A stretch of DNA of 64,000 nt from Bugula neritina (taxonomy: Eukaryota; Animalia; Bryozoa), in NCBI GenBank assembly GCA_964035545.1, contig OZ037769.1, positions 10,074,633 through 10,138,632 of the forward strand, written 5' to 3'. Below, piece by piece: positions 1 to 13,284 of this stretch. How positions within the stretch are numbered: the stretch's first letter is position 1; the number at the start of each line of letters is the position of its first letter. The notes under the pieces are model-generated. The model was given only the letters and a program-made list of their open reading frames with translations. It did not search any database and had not been told where the DNA came from. The translations under genes were made by a program, and so were the position numbers.

Positions 1-204
1 AGTTTGATCATTTGTTTTATTTGGAGCAACATTTTTGGTACCTTCAAAAAGCTGTTTTTGTAATTTTCTATAACCATGATTAGTTTAAATCAAGCCACTC
101 GAACCAGGCCAAGATTATCTTGGTCAGGCTACAGAGTAGCCTTTTTAGTAAAACCATTTGAATATTTCATGGTGAAAAACAATTATTTTTAGTTTTTGTT
201 GTAG

Positions 205-3200
205 CAACTGGACTTAGTTACTCCTTTCCAACTGTACTTTAACCCTGCGCAGATTCTCAAAGGGCAGGTAGGTGGTAATGGTTTAAATTATTAGTAATCA
301 TTCATATAGCAAAGTTGTTACTCTTTCAATGGTTTAACCTTTTTGATCTGTTGTATATATAGCCGCAAAGAAATTGTTCAATTTGTGTGACTACTGTTAT
401 GACTGTTTTTAAGTTTCTCAATAATTGCCATTCTGTTGCACACAGTTGCTGTATTAAAACAAGATTACTTTAAATGTGAGTTATACTTAAATGTTATAAT
501 TTAGCTGTTAAGTTGGTTTTATTTGAGTGCTAAATATTAAATCAATACGAAAAAAATATTGTTGCCTTATTTTAAGTTAGTTTTGTCACAAATTTGAAAT
601 TTGAAATTTATAACTTTATAAAATTTATTATGTTGGATCTATAAACGTATTGGTGTTTCTTTTTTTCCCCTTTAGTTATGGCGAATCTTTACAAACTTCA
701 TGTTTTTTGGAACGTTTGGATTCAATTTTCTGTTCAACATGATATTCACATACCGGTATTGCCGCATGCTGGAGGAGGGCTCGTTTAGAGGACGTACAGC
801 TGATTTCTTCTTCATGTTCTTGTTTGGTGGCACACTGATGTCCGTATCCTTGAGATTCTGGCATCATTTTCCAACTATCATAATATTTTATGGATACTGA
901 GTAGTAGGCTGCTTGTAAACATTGTCTCTTTATATGTTGAACATTAAACATGTACAAGCAAAATGGGCTATTAAAGTTATAATATCCTTTACCGTATTGA
1001 ACTTGTTTACCTGTGGACAAATTCTACACTACCGTGATGGTAAAGCATTTCCTACAACCTTAACATCCAAGTTTATTTACCTAACCCAATTTATGTCTTC
1101 ACATAATTAAGGCATTGAGTTATTATTTAAAATTAAAATTATTTTTGTAATTTAGTGTATTTGAAGTTTATTTTCTTTGAAAGTGTTGCTGTAACACACA
1201 CATTTTAAAGCATCTTATTGCACACCTTGCAATTTTAAACATTGCTTTAGTTTGCCAATTATTGTGCCATGTAATATCTAGCACCTAGTAGCGTTGCGGC
1301 CACTAACTCACTTTTATTTCTTTGACTAGCAGTACAGCACTCCTTTTAAATTCCTTACAGTTTCCATTTCCAGATTGTTGCAGTATTTGTACATTTAGCC
1401 TTTCTAGGTCAGGCGTTTACAATGATGTTGGTGTATATTTGGAGCAGGAGAAATCCTTACATTAGGATGAATTTCTTTGGCCTACTAAATTTTCAGGTAT
1501 TCCCAAAAATCCACTTACACCTATTTAAACCGTGTATTTTATATTTACTCACCGCTTACTTGCTTGCCAAGCTAATTTTAGTTATCAAATGAATGCAGGT
1601 ATTCTCCATAGGCCTGATTTTCAGTTAATCAAGTTGTGCTATGATTCAGGATAGGCTTCATGTTAAAGTTCTGCTGGTGCAATGACTGCCACTGCACAAC
1701 TAGTCATTCATTTTCTGCTGTGCAATAAATCTACTATTTAAAACCCAGCTCTGGATAATAGTGAAGTGGTTTGTATGGTATTTATTTACTGTTGACAGGC
1801 GCCGTACCTGCCCTGGGTTCTTCTGGCATTCTCAGTTATATTTGGAAATGCAATAATTGTAGACGCAATGGGTAAGCTTGCTATATTTTATTGTTGTATG
1901 TACTGGTCATTTGTTATCACTAAATTTACAATTTAAAAGTTGTCCATCTTTGTAAAATCTTTTTTTGTCGTTTATCTGATAGCTAAATCATAAATAATAT
2001 TTTAAACTTGTTTTTAAAATTGAAAAATTGCACAAATGTAGGATTTTTATCAAACAAACGTCATAGTTTGTATTTACTCAAACCATAGGCATTATATTCT
2101 ATGAAATGAAAATGCTGTTTACAATTTTTGACATGGGCATAACTTTTGAACCAATTGTATTTTCACAAATTATAGACTGGCTTTAGTGTGTGAAATATGA
2201 AAATAAAAGTCATGCTTCAATCAATATATTATAGTTCAATAAAACTTTCAAGAAAATGATGATAATTAATAGTTTAGTAACTTTGCAACTGCTATTCTAC
2301 TTCATGTTGTTGAGTTTATGGTTATACCTGTGAATGTTATACACTCTCAGGAGATGAAATTCTTCATACATGGACCTTTACTTAACTTATTTTGATAAAT
2401 TATTACATTAATTTATTTTATTATTTTAATCCTATCATCTCAGTTGTAGCCAAAAACTCGCTAAACCTAAGTTCCTGTGGGTAGTTAGTACTGCTCTTGT
2501 GTTGCATATTTCTTCTGAAAAGATGGTTTTATATTTGTAGGTATAGCTATTGGACACATTTACTATTTCTTAGAAGATGTATATCCTAACCAGCATAACG
2601 GCCATAGGTTATTAAAAACTCCTTCATTTATGTAAGTTATAGTCATGTGATTATATAGCTGACAGTATAGCCATGCAGGCAAAACTTGGTGCAGTTTCAC
2701 CTCTGAATGTAGTGGATATCACTAAAATATTGCCGGATATAAAACTGTGTCTGGTTCCATCATAATACTACTGGCTTTCATTCCTACAGTCAAGGAGTTC
2801 CACTTGTAACCTCTATTATATTACTTTATTGTGAAGCTGCTAAATAAAAACTATCCTAGCAGTGGATATGGAATAAGAGAGACCATAATATAGTGATACA
2901 CACGCTGTTGTTAGTTGTCATGAATCATAGCTATTTTGAATGAAATTTCTTTACTTATGATGGTTGAAGGTCTCCAACCACACTTGCTTCTTGACTGCAA
3001 TGTCAGCATATTTTACAATCTGCGTAATTTTTTTCTATTTGTGTCTGTGCTTGAAGTATGTTGCTGTTGCAAGTGGTAAATTGTATTGTAGTAAATATAT
3101 ACTGGAGCCACACAATATAGAAGATCCAAACTATGAGCCACTGCCAGAAGATCGGCCTGGTGGGTATGCATGGGGACAGCAGCCCCAGGGGCCAGGGGGT

Positions 3201-3212
3201 GAAGAGAATTAA
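205..3212 (+). CDS. DERL2: Derlin-2/3 family ERAD rhomboid pseudoprotease (5' end outside window)
   Basis: Phase-consistent exons 205-267, 676-843, 1374-1496, 1799-1871, 2541-2631, 3092-3212 give [105 protein letters not shown]. These are hallmark Derlin-2 motifs. Confidence 0.96.
844..1373 (+). other. U12-type (minor spliceosome) GT-AG intron in Derlin-2
   Basis: The 5' end GTATCCTTGA matches the U12 donor consensus RTATCCTT. TTCCTTACAG at 1351-1360 resembles the U12 branch site and lies just upstream of the CAG acceptor (1371-1373). Splicing here keeps the frame. Confidence 0.85.
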
Positions 3213-3902
3213 CTTGTCCCTCCTGAACAATCTACAACTCGCTCCATCATTGAGTTCAGTTAGCAAGTCACTGCAGTGTATATTCCAACTCAATACACAA
3301 TAATATAGATATCTCTGTTATCAATTACAGTATTATAATTTATAGCAAGTTATATAGATCTTGTGCTAAAGCAGAGAAAGCTATGGCAAGCTATATGTTG
3401 GCTCAGATTTTTATGGGACCCACAAATTTTCGATTAATGAATTATGAATACAAGAAGAGGGCGTCTAACCAGTTAACTTGCCAGGTGCTCATTAGTGTGT
3501 AAAGGCTCACATATTCTTGCACAGCTTTCTTGGCTATATACCAGGAATTTGTCGGTATAGGTGACTATTACAGGTAAAATTTGTATATGTCTTTCCTAGC
3601 TACTGTAGTTATATTACCTGATATTGAGTTGAGAATGGCTGAAATATTTATTTAAAACGAATGCTGTTTCACATGTACAGCACAGAGTGACACAAAGTTG
3701 GTGTGCACTGCAAGTTCTCTGCTATTATTTTATGACCAGATGCAATTAATTTTTTCTTCAAAATTTATATACTGAATAAATAGATGATTTAAAAATATAT
3801 TGTGTTTTCACTCATTTGAATTATGGAACACAAGTTATTTGATAAATATGGAACACAAGTTATTTGATAAATAAATGGGCGTGTGGCGACATCATACAAC
3901 AA

Positions 3903-6900
3903 CTAGTAGACAAACCCAAAGTTTCTTGTATGAAAAACCTTTCCTTGCTTGGCCAACTCTTTACGCTTTGCAACAAAAGTTTCCGATTGCCATTCAGGAT
4001 GAACATCAAAGGTCATGGGCTTCCTAGGGATTGTGTTGAGGAAGAAAGTATCTCCCACAATTACTTTTGTCTTATAAGGGTAGTCAGCTATCCTTGGCTC
4101 CTTGCACTTTACTGTGTATGGTAGACGCTCTGTTGTTTTTCTAAAATGCATTCCAATCACTTAATAGAATGAGCAACTGCATTTATAATATGTTTAATGC
4201 TTCCATCCCCTCTATAAAATAAGAGAGTATGAATACTACTTCTTACTTGAGATTAAGAGGGTCTCCTGGTATTTCAGCAAGCCACCCATATTTGTCCAGT
4301 TGACTAAAGTAAGTGGTGTGCTCAATGTCTGTTGGGGTTGGGGAACGTAAATTCACAGGAGTTGGTGGTCTATCTAACTCTCCTTCCTCCGCTTCACCCA
4401 TCTCAAATTTACCAGGTGACTGGAAAATTCTGGGAGATGGCTTACTTGGTGACCGGAAAGCTAAAATGTAATACTAATATAATGCTGTTAATCATATTTA
4501 TTCTGTGAATTTCTTTTACAGTAAATGCATTCCGATTTAGTATAGGCCTACTCAAGTTTGTCTATTACATTTATCAAACTAAATTGTAAGCATTTTGAAA
4601 TGTTTTGCTTACTTTGTGTGCTTTTGCATTTCACTTTGTACTTGTTGAGGGAATTAAAGCTTAGAACTAGAAAATCTAATTTTAAATAAAACTTTGAAGT
4701 GTTAAACAAAAAATAGTGATTAGTTATTGGAAATGGATATTTCAATTGTGGGTTATTTTGAAATTAGGCTTGGTGCAAACAATAAATAGAAGTTACTTTA
4801 TCACATAGGAGTAAACAAGCAGATATAATTTGTACAAGAGACACGCTGTGCAATCGGTGTTGAATCTAGGTTTATATCTCTGCAGTGGTGTTAACCTTGC
4901 ACCTTCGCTTCAAAATATGTGGCAACTGATGATATACTATGCTGTAAATACTATCTTATGCATGTGCAAAATATTATAATACTGCAGATATTAGGCATCA
5001 ATATAAATAAGTTATACAAATTGAACTGGTACTGACATAATATACGATAGGTTACCATAGGTGCTAGACTAAGCTAGAGTATCAGCTGAACCACAATATA
5101 TTAATTGATTTATGCATTGAACTAAAATCTGAATCATCAAACAAACTGCTGGGAATAGCTAATTGATATGAAACTATACTGCTATAGTTGATGTTACTAA
5201 CCTAGTTGGGAAATCTGAGTATCTTCATTATTTGCAATATTTTCCTGCAAAGCTAGCGGTACAGGCGTGGTTATCTGTGTAACTTCTGTAGTCTGCGGCC
5301 TCACCCCTGCAGATCTCACAGGGCGAGTAGATGCAACTCTCGGTCTATTTAATGTGGCACTCTGAGCTCTAAAACTACCAGATAGTTTTTGAGCTGGAGT
5401 TGATGGTCGAGAAGACAACCTCCTTTCCACAGGAGTTGTGACGCCTTTAATTGAGAGCTTTGGAGTGGATATATTCGCACAGTCATGTTCAGCTTCTTCC
5501 AGGCTAAAATATTCATGAAGAGTTCCACATAGTTCATATATACAAATGTAAAGACATATACAACAAGTATAAGAGGTTTGCTTAGTTGAGGCTGATAGCT
5601 ACAGGTGTTGTGTGCTCCTGTGCATGTGTGTGTACAAGTATATGTGTGTGTACAAGTATATGTGTGTGTACAAGTATATATGTGTGTGTACAAGTATATG
5701 TTTGCATGTAAATAGAAAGTAGTGTGTAAGTAATGTAGTTGATAAAAAATGGTATAAATATTTAGTGCCAAAATAATACATGTACTATTTTATAAGTTGA
5801 CTATTTTTATCAGCATGACTATATATAGTATGTTTATCGAACAGCTATTAGTTCCATGCCACTGTAGTACTCATCAGGCACAACTGTTTTTCAAAGATGT
5901 CCCATATGTAAATATGACATCATTTGAGGAGCCTACCTGGCTGAATGGTTCTATAAGCAGCTTGGAGTTGAGGGTTAAGGACGAATTTAGTTGGGGGTGT
6001 CAAGTTTGGAGTTATGTCCTCAACTCTAAACTTGAAAACCCCAAACTCCTTCACCCCCAACTTGGAGCTGCTTATAGTACAATTCTACTTCACTTTCACC
6101 CTTCAAACCACTTAATTGGCATCAGTCAACAATAGCATGAGTTGGTATGAAAAACCCAATATAATTCCTATATCACTATAGCAGTTTCCAACCTAGCAAA
6201 CCGGTGCACAGTGACTTGTAGCAGTGAAGCACACTGTCAGATTTGCAGTGACGTCAGTCATCAACCACTGGTGATATTTCATGCAGCTTTCTACTCATTG
6301 AACTAACTACAAATGTGTTTGGAATAACATAAACTTGGAATAAAACAGCATGGATTACCTTGGTGATGGTGCTATGAAAGGGCCATCTGGGTCAACCACT
6401 CCAATAATAGTAGGCTGAGGCTGCCAACCATGGTGCCCCTTACTCATATGAGGAGTAGGTATGTGATTGTGGGCTTTAGTTGATGGTCTACTCTTTTCAA
6501 AAGTGAACTGTGGTGGAGGATTATACTGTTGTTGGGGCAGAGAAGGGGGCGGGGACCCAGTCAGCAACAGCTTTGGTACCTGGAAAAGTCAAGGATAATA
6601 TGCTTATCTAGTTAATTCATATACCAATATAGTACAAGTTGAAAGTAGATTCAATTGCACCCTTGAGCATTATGGGATAGGTACAAAAAGTTCTATATAG
6701 TGAAAAGTTCTAATTTTCTAAAGCACTTTCATAGGCTTACAAAAATCGCTATTACTAAAAATTTAATGGCTCAAAACAATATTGCTTAGGCTAAACTCAT
6801 TTGAATCACTTTTTAGACTATAGACTATAAGCCGTTATCAATTAAAATATTTAGGTATACTAAACATACGGCATATAACTCAAGTTTTAATTGGATAATT

Positions 6901-9064
6901 CAGAAAACAAATCTTTCTTTATCTCTTCTACAAAAATAAGTTGTCAATTTTTTGAATAAGAAGTATATTAGCAATACAGGTTAGAATAATATATAAAAAA
7001 TATATAAAAAATAACATTACAGTCACAGCTACAGTGACTTTTATACAGAATAATTTATGCTGCTCAACAACAATAACAATAATAATAATTTTGCACTATG
7101 CACTTCAGAGCTTAGTTTTATAACTATAAAAATTATTTACTAGAATAAGAGATTTGGGAATTATATAGCATTCTATTTATAATGGTTTATCTTGGTTTCT
7201 GCTGGTTCATTTCAAACAATGTTAAACCACAAAACTATAATAAATGGATCTGAAATCTATAAGGTGTCATTTTCAGGCTTTTCATATTTGCAGAACTATC
7301 GTAAAATCTGTTAGCCACCAAGCAAGAGCAACAACCTTATATACCACTCTGTTTGTAAGTGAAATAATATACCGGAGTTTTGGATACAGAGGCTTTGGAA
7401 CTTCTAGACCTAGGAGTACTTCTCAATGATACTTTACAGGCAGGGGGTGTTACAGACTTCACACCATTAGGATTTGTGTAATGTAACTGGCTTTCCCAAT
7501 GCCGAAACAAGCATTCTTTATCTGTAGAAACAAAATTATCCACTTAACTATGCTGTGCTAACTTCATAAACAATATGCTGAGTGAGGGAAATCAATGAAG
7601 TGTTGAATATACAGCAGCAAGTGGTTTGTGGACTGCTTACATCATGTATACATTGTCTGTACATAGCAACAGTTAGATTAAACTTTAAATGTTACTTCCT
7701 GTGTGTTGTACACACGTAAGCTTAGATGCAAATAAAGATGATTTCAGTAGCCTATATTTATAAGTCTAAGGTAGCTTGCATGCCCACAACTGTACAGCAT
7801 ACTATATACTTACGTGGTAGTATATTATTACTTACTAAATACTTACAGAGTCATATATTATCTACAACTTTCAGCATACTGAAACATTGTGGGTGCACAA
7901 AGCATACAATTAAAATAACTCAACTATTCTGCTTACCTGAGACAGCTGGTTTACAAAGTAAACATTGCTAAACTGATTGACACTGAACCGATTACTAGAT
8001 ATATCAAGTTTAATGCCTCTTAGACATAATTTTTAGCCAGTCCCTGTTTTAACCTGTCAATTCTGATTTGAGGTCAAACTTTTTCAACTCTATGCACATT
8101 TGCTCTTTATAATTTTTTTAGTAGGAACAGACTAGAAATAGATAGAGCATACATGCAATCAGAATTAAAAGTTAAAGAGTTACATAGCCAAAGCGGAAAA
8201 GAAATTATTGCAACTTTTTTCCAAAAGAGAGTTTCAGTTCTTCTTAATAGTAAATTATTTACTCTAAAACCAAAATTTCAGCTAAAAGCATGTGATGGCA
8301 CTAATGCTGACATCTATGTAATGTAATTTACTCAGATGTGTAGTCAAATGAAACGTAGACCATAAATAAGTAGTAGGTACTCATAAGTCACACACAGACC
8401 TACTGTATTGGCTAGCACAGAAAGTCCAATATAGGTGCAGTTACAGCTGGAATAAATGCTTGTCAATTGTATAAGTAAAACTCTAGAGTCTAGAAGTACA
8501 GTTACTGACAACTTGAGTCATTAACCATAGTAATCAATGCGTGGTAAACAGTGTTTAATTTTTATCTGTACACAATTTATAACTCATAATCTACACCCAA
8601 TACATGACATTATCAATAAGGACACACTACATTTATATGATAGCCATATTATATGCTGTGAAAGTTAACATATATAAAATACCAGTTAACATACCCACTA
8701 TACTAGTTTACTTTATATTCTTACCTTACTGATTATATATGCCTCAACTATACATGCCTATACTATTTGCTCATTATAATGTGGTTATAATGAGCTTTTC
8801 CTACAAATACAACTACATAATATTATGATATATAAAGTTCCATCATATAATATACTAGTATTTAATGAACCTGCTAGAATTCTTCACCATACAGTTACAT
8901 GCCTCTATAATTTATATCCATTATCTACTATCTATCAGAAAGTATGATGAAAAGCACAGCTTACCATATCCATGTTTTGCTCTAGGATTTTCATACACGT
9001 TCACTTGTGATGGGTACCAGCCGTAGGTAGACTCTTTTTGCACATTGTTTCTTATCAGAACCAT
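3903..9064 (-). CDS. Uncharacterised ~410-aa Pro/Ser/Arg-rich protein (possibly ciliary/sperm)
   Basis: Six phase-consistent exons: 9064-8965 (MVLIRNNVQKESTYGWYPSQVNVYENPRAKHGY), 7521-7373, 6579-6359, ~5503-5202, 4460-~4248, 4140-3903 (..TFFLNTIPRKPMTFDVHPEWQSE..FGFVY*). All junctions are GT-AG. No family recognised. Confidence 0.8.
5625..5710. repeat. ~18-bp minisatellite (GTGTGTGTACAAGTATAT)n
   Basis: About 4 tandem copies visible in an intron. Confidence 0.85.
5951..6077. mobile_element. Small palindromic MITE/foldback
   Basis: Terminal inverted repeats CTATAAGCAGCT...AGCTGCTTATAG, with inner arms TTGGGGGTGTCAAGTTTGGAGTT / AACTCTAAACTTGAAAACCCCAA. Confidence 0.7.
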
Positions 9065-9514
9065 TTCAACTCAAGAATAGTTGTCGAATTAAAATAAGAT
9101 ATTAGGACTACAAATAAAATTGAGGTCTAATTACATTAATGTTTTTGCAAAACAAGGTTTCAACTAATTTTCATACAGCTTTTATTTTATAAAATCACAA
9201 TTTGAACTATAATCTAAAACTATAATTATACAATTATATATTAGATATTCATATAATCAAACAAGTTCTTCAAAAACACAGCTTGCATGTATGTTTTCAA
9301 TTTATATTAAACTTTGCTTTAACAAGTCAATCAACAATTGTGTAGAAATAGGCTGCTTACCTTGTGCAATAGCCTACTTTTATCTGAATTCCATAGTGTG
9401 ACAAAAAGTGAGATATATTTTAATTTGAATCTAACAGCCAAATCTAACCAAATTAGTTTTGTAATTTGTAGTGTATATGAGCTAGTATAAAATGTCCTAA
9501 GTGTATTTAGCCAC

Positions 9515-9526
9515 GTTGCTAGGGAC
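9515..9526 (-). promoter_or_regulatory. RFX X-box-like element upstream of the uncharacterised gene
   Basis: GTTGCTAGGGAC (minus strand GTCCCTAGCAAC) contains the CCTAGCAAC RFX core. It lies ~155 nt upstream of a minus-strand GTAAG donor at 9360 that probably ends a 5'UTR exon. Confidence 0.5.
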
Positions 9527-9930
9527 TACTTGTTTGCTTTGCACAGCTCTAATCAACTGTTATTGATAATAGAGTAATTGTTAAAGGAATAATGCAAGAG
9601 GATATTATTTTAAAAGACTTACTAAACATTCAAATATTGCTATAGAACTTAGTAGTAAGAATATCAATAGCTCCTTCTGACTGGCATTACTTTAGAATGG
9701 TTAATTTCTGTTTAGCTTCATTCACACAAACAATCACACGCACAATATAATCTTTAAGAGCTGATATGGTTGTTTGTGTAGTTGTGAGAAATTGAATAAG
9801 CAACATTACATAATTTACCTATAACATTGGAAAGATATTACACTATTATTAATGTATAGGCTACTTGTTTTATAGAAGTCTATGGTTTCAATAGAATTTC
9901 ATAACACTAAATATAAATTATATAAATATT

Positions 9931-9963
<33 letters not shown>

Positions 9964-10259
9964 AACACACTACATGTATCTTATGACTTGTGCGTGCGTG
10001 CAAGCGTGCGCGTGTGTATATATAGGCCTACACACTTACATACATACAGCAAAGGCATTAAGCAAGAAATTGATATACCAATTCATATATAAATAAGATT
10101 TAGTATTTATTTAAATATGTACTATTAATAGGTTGCACAGAATTGACAGAGGAGCACGTTTGAATAAAAATATATAAAAAATAACATTACAGTCACAGCT
10201 ACAGTGACCTTTATATGAGCATATGACAAAACTATATATATATATATATATATATATAT
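9931..10259. repeat. (CA)n/(TA)n microsatellites
   Basis: Runs at ~9931-9962 and ~10233-10259. Confidence 0.9.
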
Positions 10260-10418
10260 CCTTAGCATGTTAGTGTAACTTGGTACAAACTTAAGGAAGA
10301 TTTACAATTCTCCCCATTTCGTCACAGCAATAATATATAGGCTACACAGATCTCGATCAATAAAAAAACCAATAACCAATAACCAATAGCTTGTTGGGAG
10401 ATCAATTAGGAATGTAAT

Positions 10419-12022
10419 TCATTCAAACTTTGGTACATCAGCATCAGTGAAGTAGTAGTATTCTGAGAAAGTGTCGGAGAAAGTAGTGCAGTAGTTGTTA
10501 AACAGAAACAACTTCTCCTCGTGAACAGACTTGAATGACTGTTGATTCATTTTAGCTTGTTCAACAAGCGTATTAGAAAAATACTGCCCTACGAGGATTG
10601 CGTGCAATGATCTGTTATAGGCCATGTTTAGGTGATGAAAGAAATTGGGTTTCTCGGGATGCCACTGAAGTCCAAAAAATGGGTATGACTTGGCTTCAAT
10701 AGTCGAAGCATACTCTACACCATTGCCATCCGAGTTTGTGGTCAAGACATTGTAGAACCGATTTAATTGGGGAAGAGAAAAGTAGGTTTTCATGTACACA
10801 CAATTTTTATGACTGTTAGCAGTTACATTTTCATTTGTCAGATATTGGGCGATGTTGCTGGGCAGATTTCCTAACAGTCTACTGCTGGAAGCGTTTTTGG
10901 TAAAGTGGAGTGGAAGGGAAATGTTTTCAGCACCTGGACAACTAGAGGTGACTATCTGAGGAGGTTTGAATGTCCATGTTGTCATTTCCTCCATTCCCAA
11001 GCAAATTGCCATTATAGGAAAGTGTACACCAGCATCATTCCTCTTTGTTGCCATTCTAAAACGAAAATTACATACAAAATAGAAATATAATAAACCACGC
11101 AAATTCCCAAACAACATTGTCATAATGAAGACAAACAAAATACTTTGATATTCTTGTGAGTTGGATGAGAATTTCATAGCCTAATGTTTTAATATGATCT
11201 AAACAGAGTATCTATTATTTTTATTTGAATAACAGCTTACTGGAAAATTTTGTAGGCCGCTCTAGCATAGAAAGAGGTGAGAAGATCGACACCTCCACCA
11301 GGGAGCAGCACTCCATTGATCCTTGACATTATAGACTCGTAGTATTTATCTGTCTGATTAACAAAGATTGGCACAGCTGCTGCACCACTTTGTTCAATGA
11401 ATGACTTGTAGTCTGCCATAGCCTTATAGTGACCTTTCAAAAATATAATTATGCATTTTTATTATATACTCACAGTGAGCTAGTTTGGCTAAAGAAATCT
11501 ATAAATAAGAATAATTTTTCTATTATAATATTCCAGAACTATTATACCATAATTAGTCAAGAAAGATGTGGGCAAGAAAAGGTCTAAAAGAGTCATTTTT
11601 ATAGTCAGAATTTTTATGATAACTTTTGGTGAAGGTATGAAAGTGAAGTACTTCCCCTGAAACCATGTTTTCAGCATGACAGGGGGGGGGGGGGAAGGGA
11701 GGCTTCAATGGGATGTAATAGAAATGACATATCTTGGTGAGTATTTATTCACCTTGAAAGCTAGGGCAGTTTGACGAAACGTCGAACAATATGCAGTCAC
11801 GGGTTGAAAAGTATGACGCCTGAACGTTGCACTGTGACTAATCAGAATTAAACAAAATATTTTTGAATAATGTTTATGAATTTATAGCAACACTCTTCTC
11901 TTAAGACATAACATAAGTGTCAATGACTAGATAAAAGCAATTAAAAGAAGAAAAATCTCCTTTAAATGTGCAAACTAAGTTGAACAATAAATATTTAAAC
12001 CACCCTTCACTAGCAGTGCTCT

Positions 12023-12094
<72 letters not shown>

Positions 12095-12103
12095 TATATA
12101 TAA

Positions 12104-12162
<59 letters not shown>

Positions 12163-12833
12163 CATATGTGTGTGAGCTGGCTATTGTATCCAATAGCCAG
12201 CTCTGTTTTACTAAAATTTAAATGATTCGAGTTATTGGTATGGGCACATGCCTGTAGGTTCTGAGGCACTGGCTCATCTGTATTAGCATGTATTAGAGGT
12301 TCATTGAGTACCAAGGGTATAGGAAAGGGGTCTATAGAGAGAAACGAAAATGTCAGTAGATGCAGTGTTAGTCCTTACTTTACCATTTTACCACTTGAAC
12401 AACTATTACATAATATTCTTATTTGCTTTTAGTCCTTATGTTTTTTGTTATATTTGCTATTATTGTATCACATAATTGTACTTTTTCAATCTTACATATT
12501 ATAACTGCATAAATTGTGCTACTTTTAGACTTCACGGTGTTGCTTTGTAGAACGAAGGTGTTTAGAAGTGAACTACATTTCACAAAAGACCAGTGAATCT
12601 ACCTATGGTTGCTTGTGTGGTCGCTAGCAGACCAATCGAAACCATTACACATAATGCTTAATAATGTTACCATGAAGATACACAGAGTCTACAAAGGTGT
12701 ACAATTATAATAAATATTCACCTGGTGAGTTGTAAACAGTTTCTAAAAGCACACCAATCACAGGCTGACTGCTGGGGTAGCATGAACATATCGCAGCTGA
12801 AACTGTCCAAACAATGATGGTGCCCAACTTCAT
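10419..12833 (-). CDS. GGH: Gamma-glutamyl hydrolase (peptidase C26, secreted/lysosomal)
   Basis: Exons 12833-12722 (signal-peptide-like [18 protein letters not shown], then QPVIGVL), 11433-11241 ([13 protein letters not shown]) and 11055-10419 ([13 protein letters not shown] with catalytic Cys; TANSH; VLTTNSDG; GLQWHPEK with catalytic His). Confidence 0.93.
12026..12168. repeat. (TA)n microsatellite in GGH intron 1
   Basis: ~140 bp near-perfect TA run. Confidence 0.95.
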
Positions 12834-13284
12834 TTTGTGATCAATCTAGTTCTAAAACTATCAAGTGGTGTTGATCAGCGACTGTTGATTTCAGCAACTT
12901 AAATTTTTAATAAATAAATAGGCACTAAAACTGTGTAGCAATAGACAGGATTGAGACTAATGAGTAAACTGAAAACATATAAATCATGAAATTGACTATC
13001 GAATCTAGAACAAGTAACTGAGAATAACATAATGAGTTCTGCACTGAATAACAGGACCTATAGCATGCCAGTCTCTGTGCCCTCCTCACCTGTAAGGACT
13101 CTCTAACTTGTGAAGAAAACAAATGCTGTTGAAAAGGAACAAACACAGACAGTAAGAGCTACAGTTGACATCAGAGTACAAGAAGTAATAGAAAGACTAG
13201 AGTTTATTGCTTTTAATGACAAAAAGAGTTTAAAAATGAGACATCCTAATGAGAGTACATGGGGGCGAAAGAAAATTACTCAGC

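Noticed and set aside
6249-6256. Perfect CRE TGACGTCA (also 57507-57514) and AP-1 sites near 62700-62755
   Set aside because: Short intronic motifs expected by chance in 64 kb; no supporting context.
12602-12690. Extra GGH exon (minus-strand AG..GT segment with hydrophobic coding potential)
   Set aside because: It would need a 33-nt intron or lacks a usable start, and exon 1 already joins exon 2 in phase.
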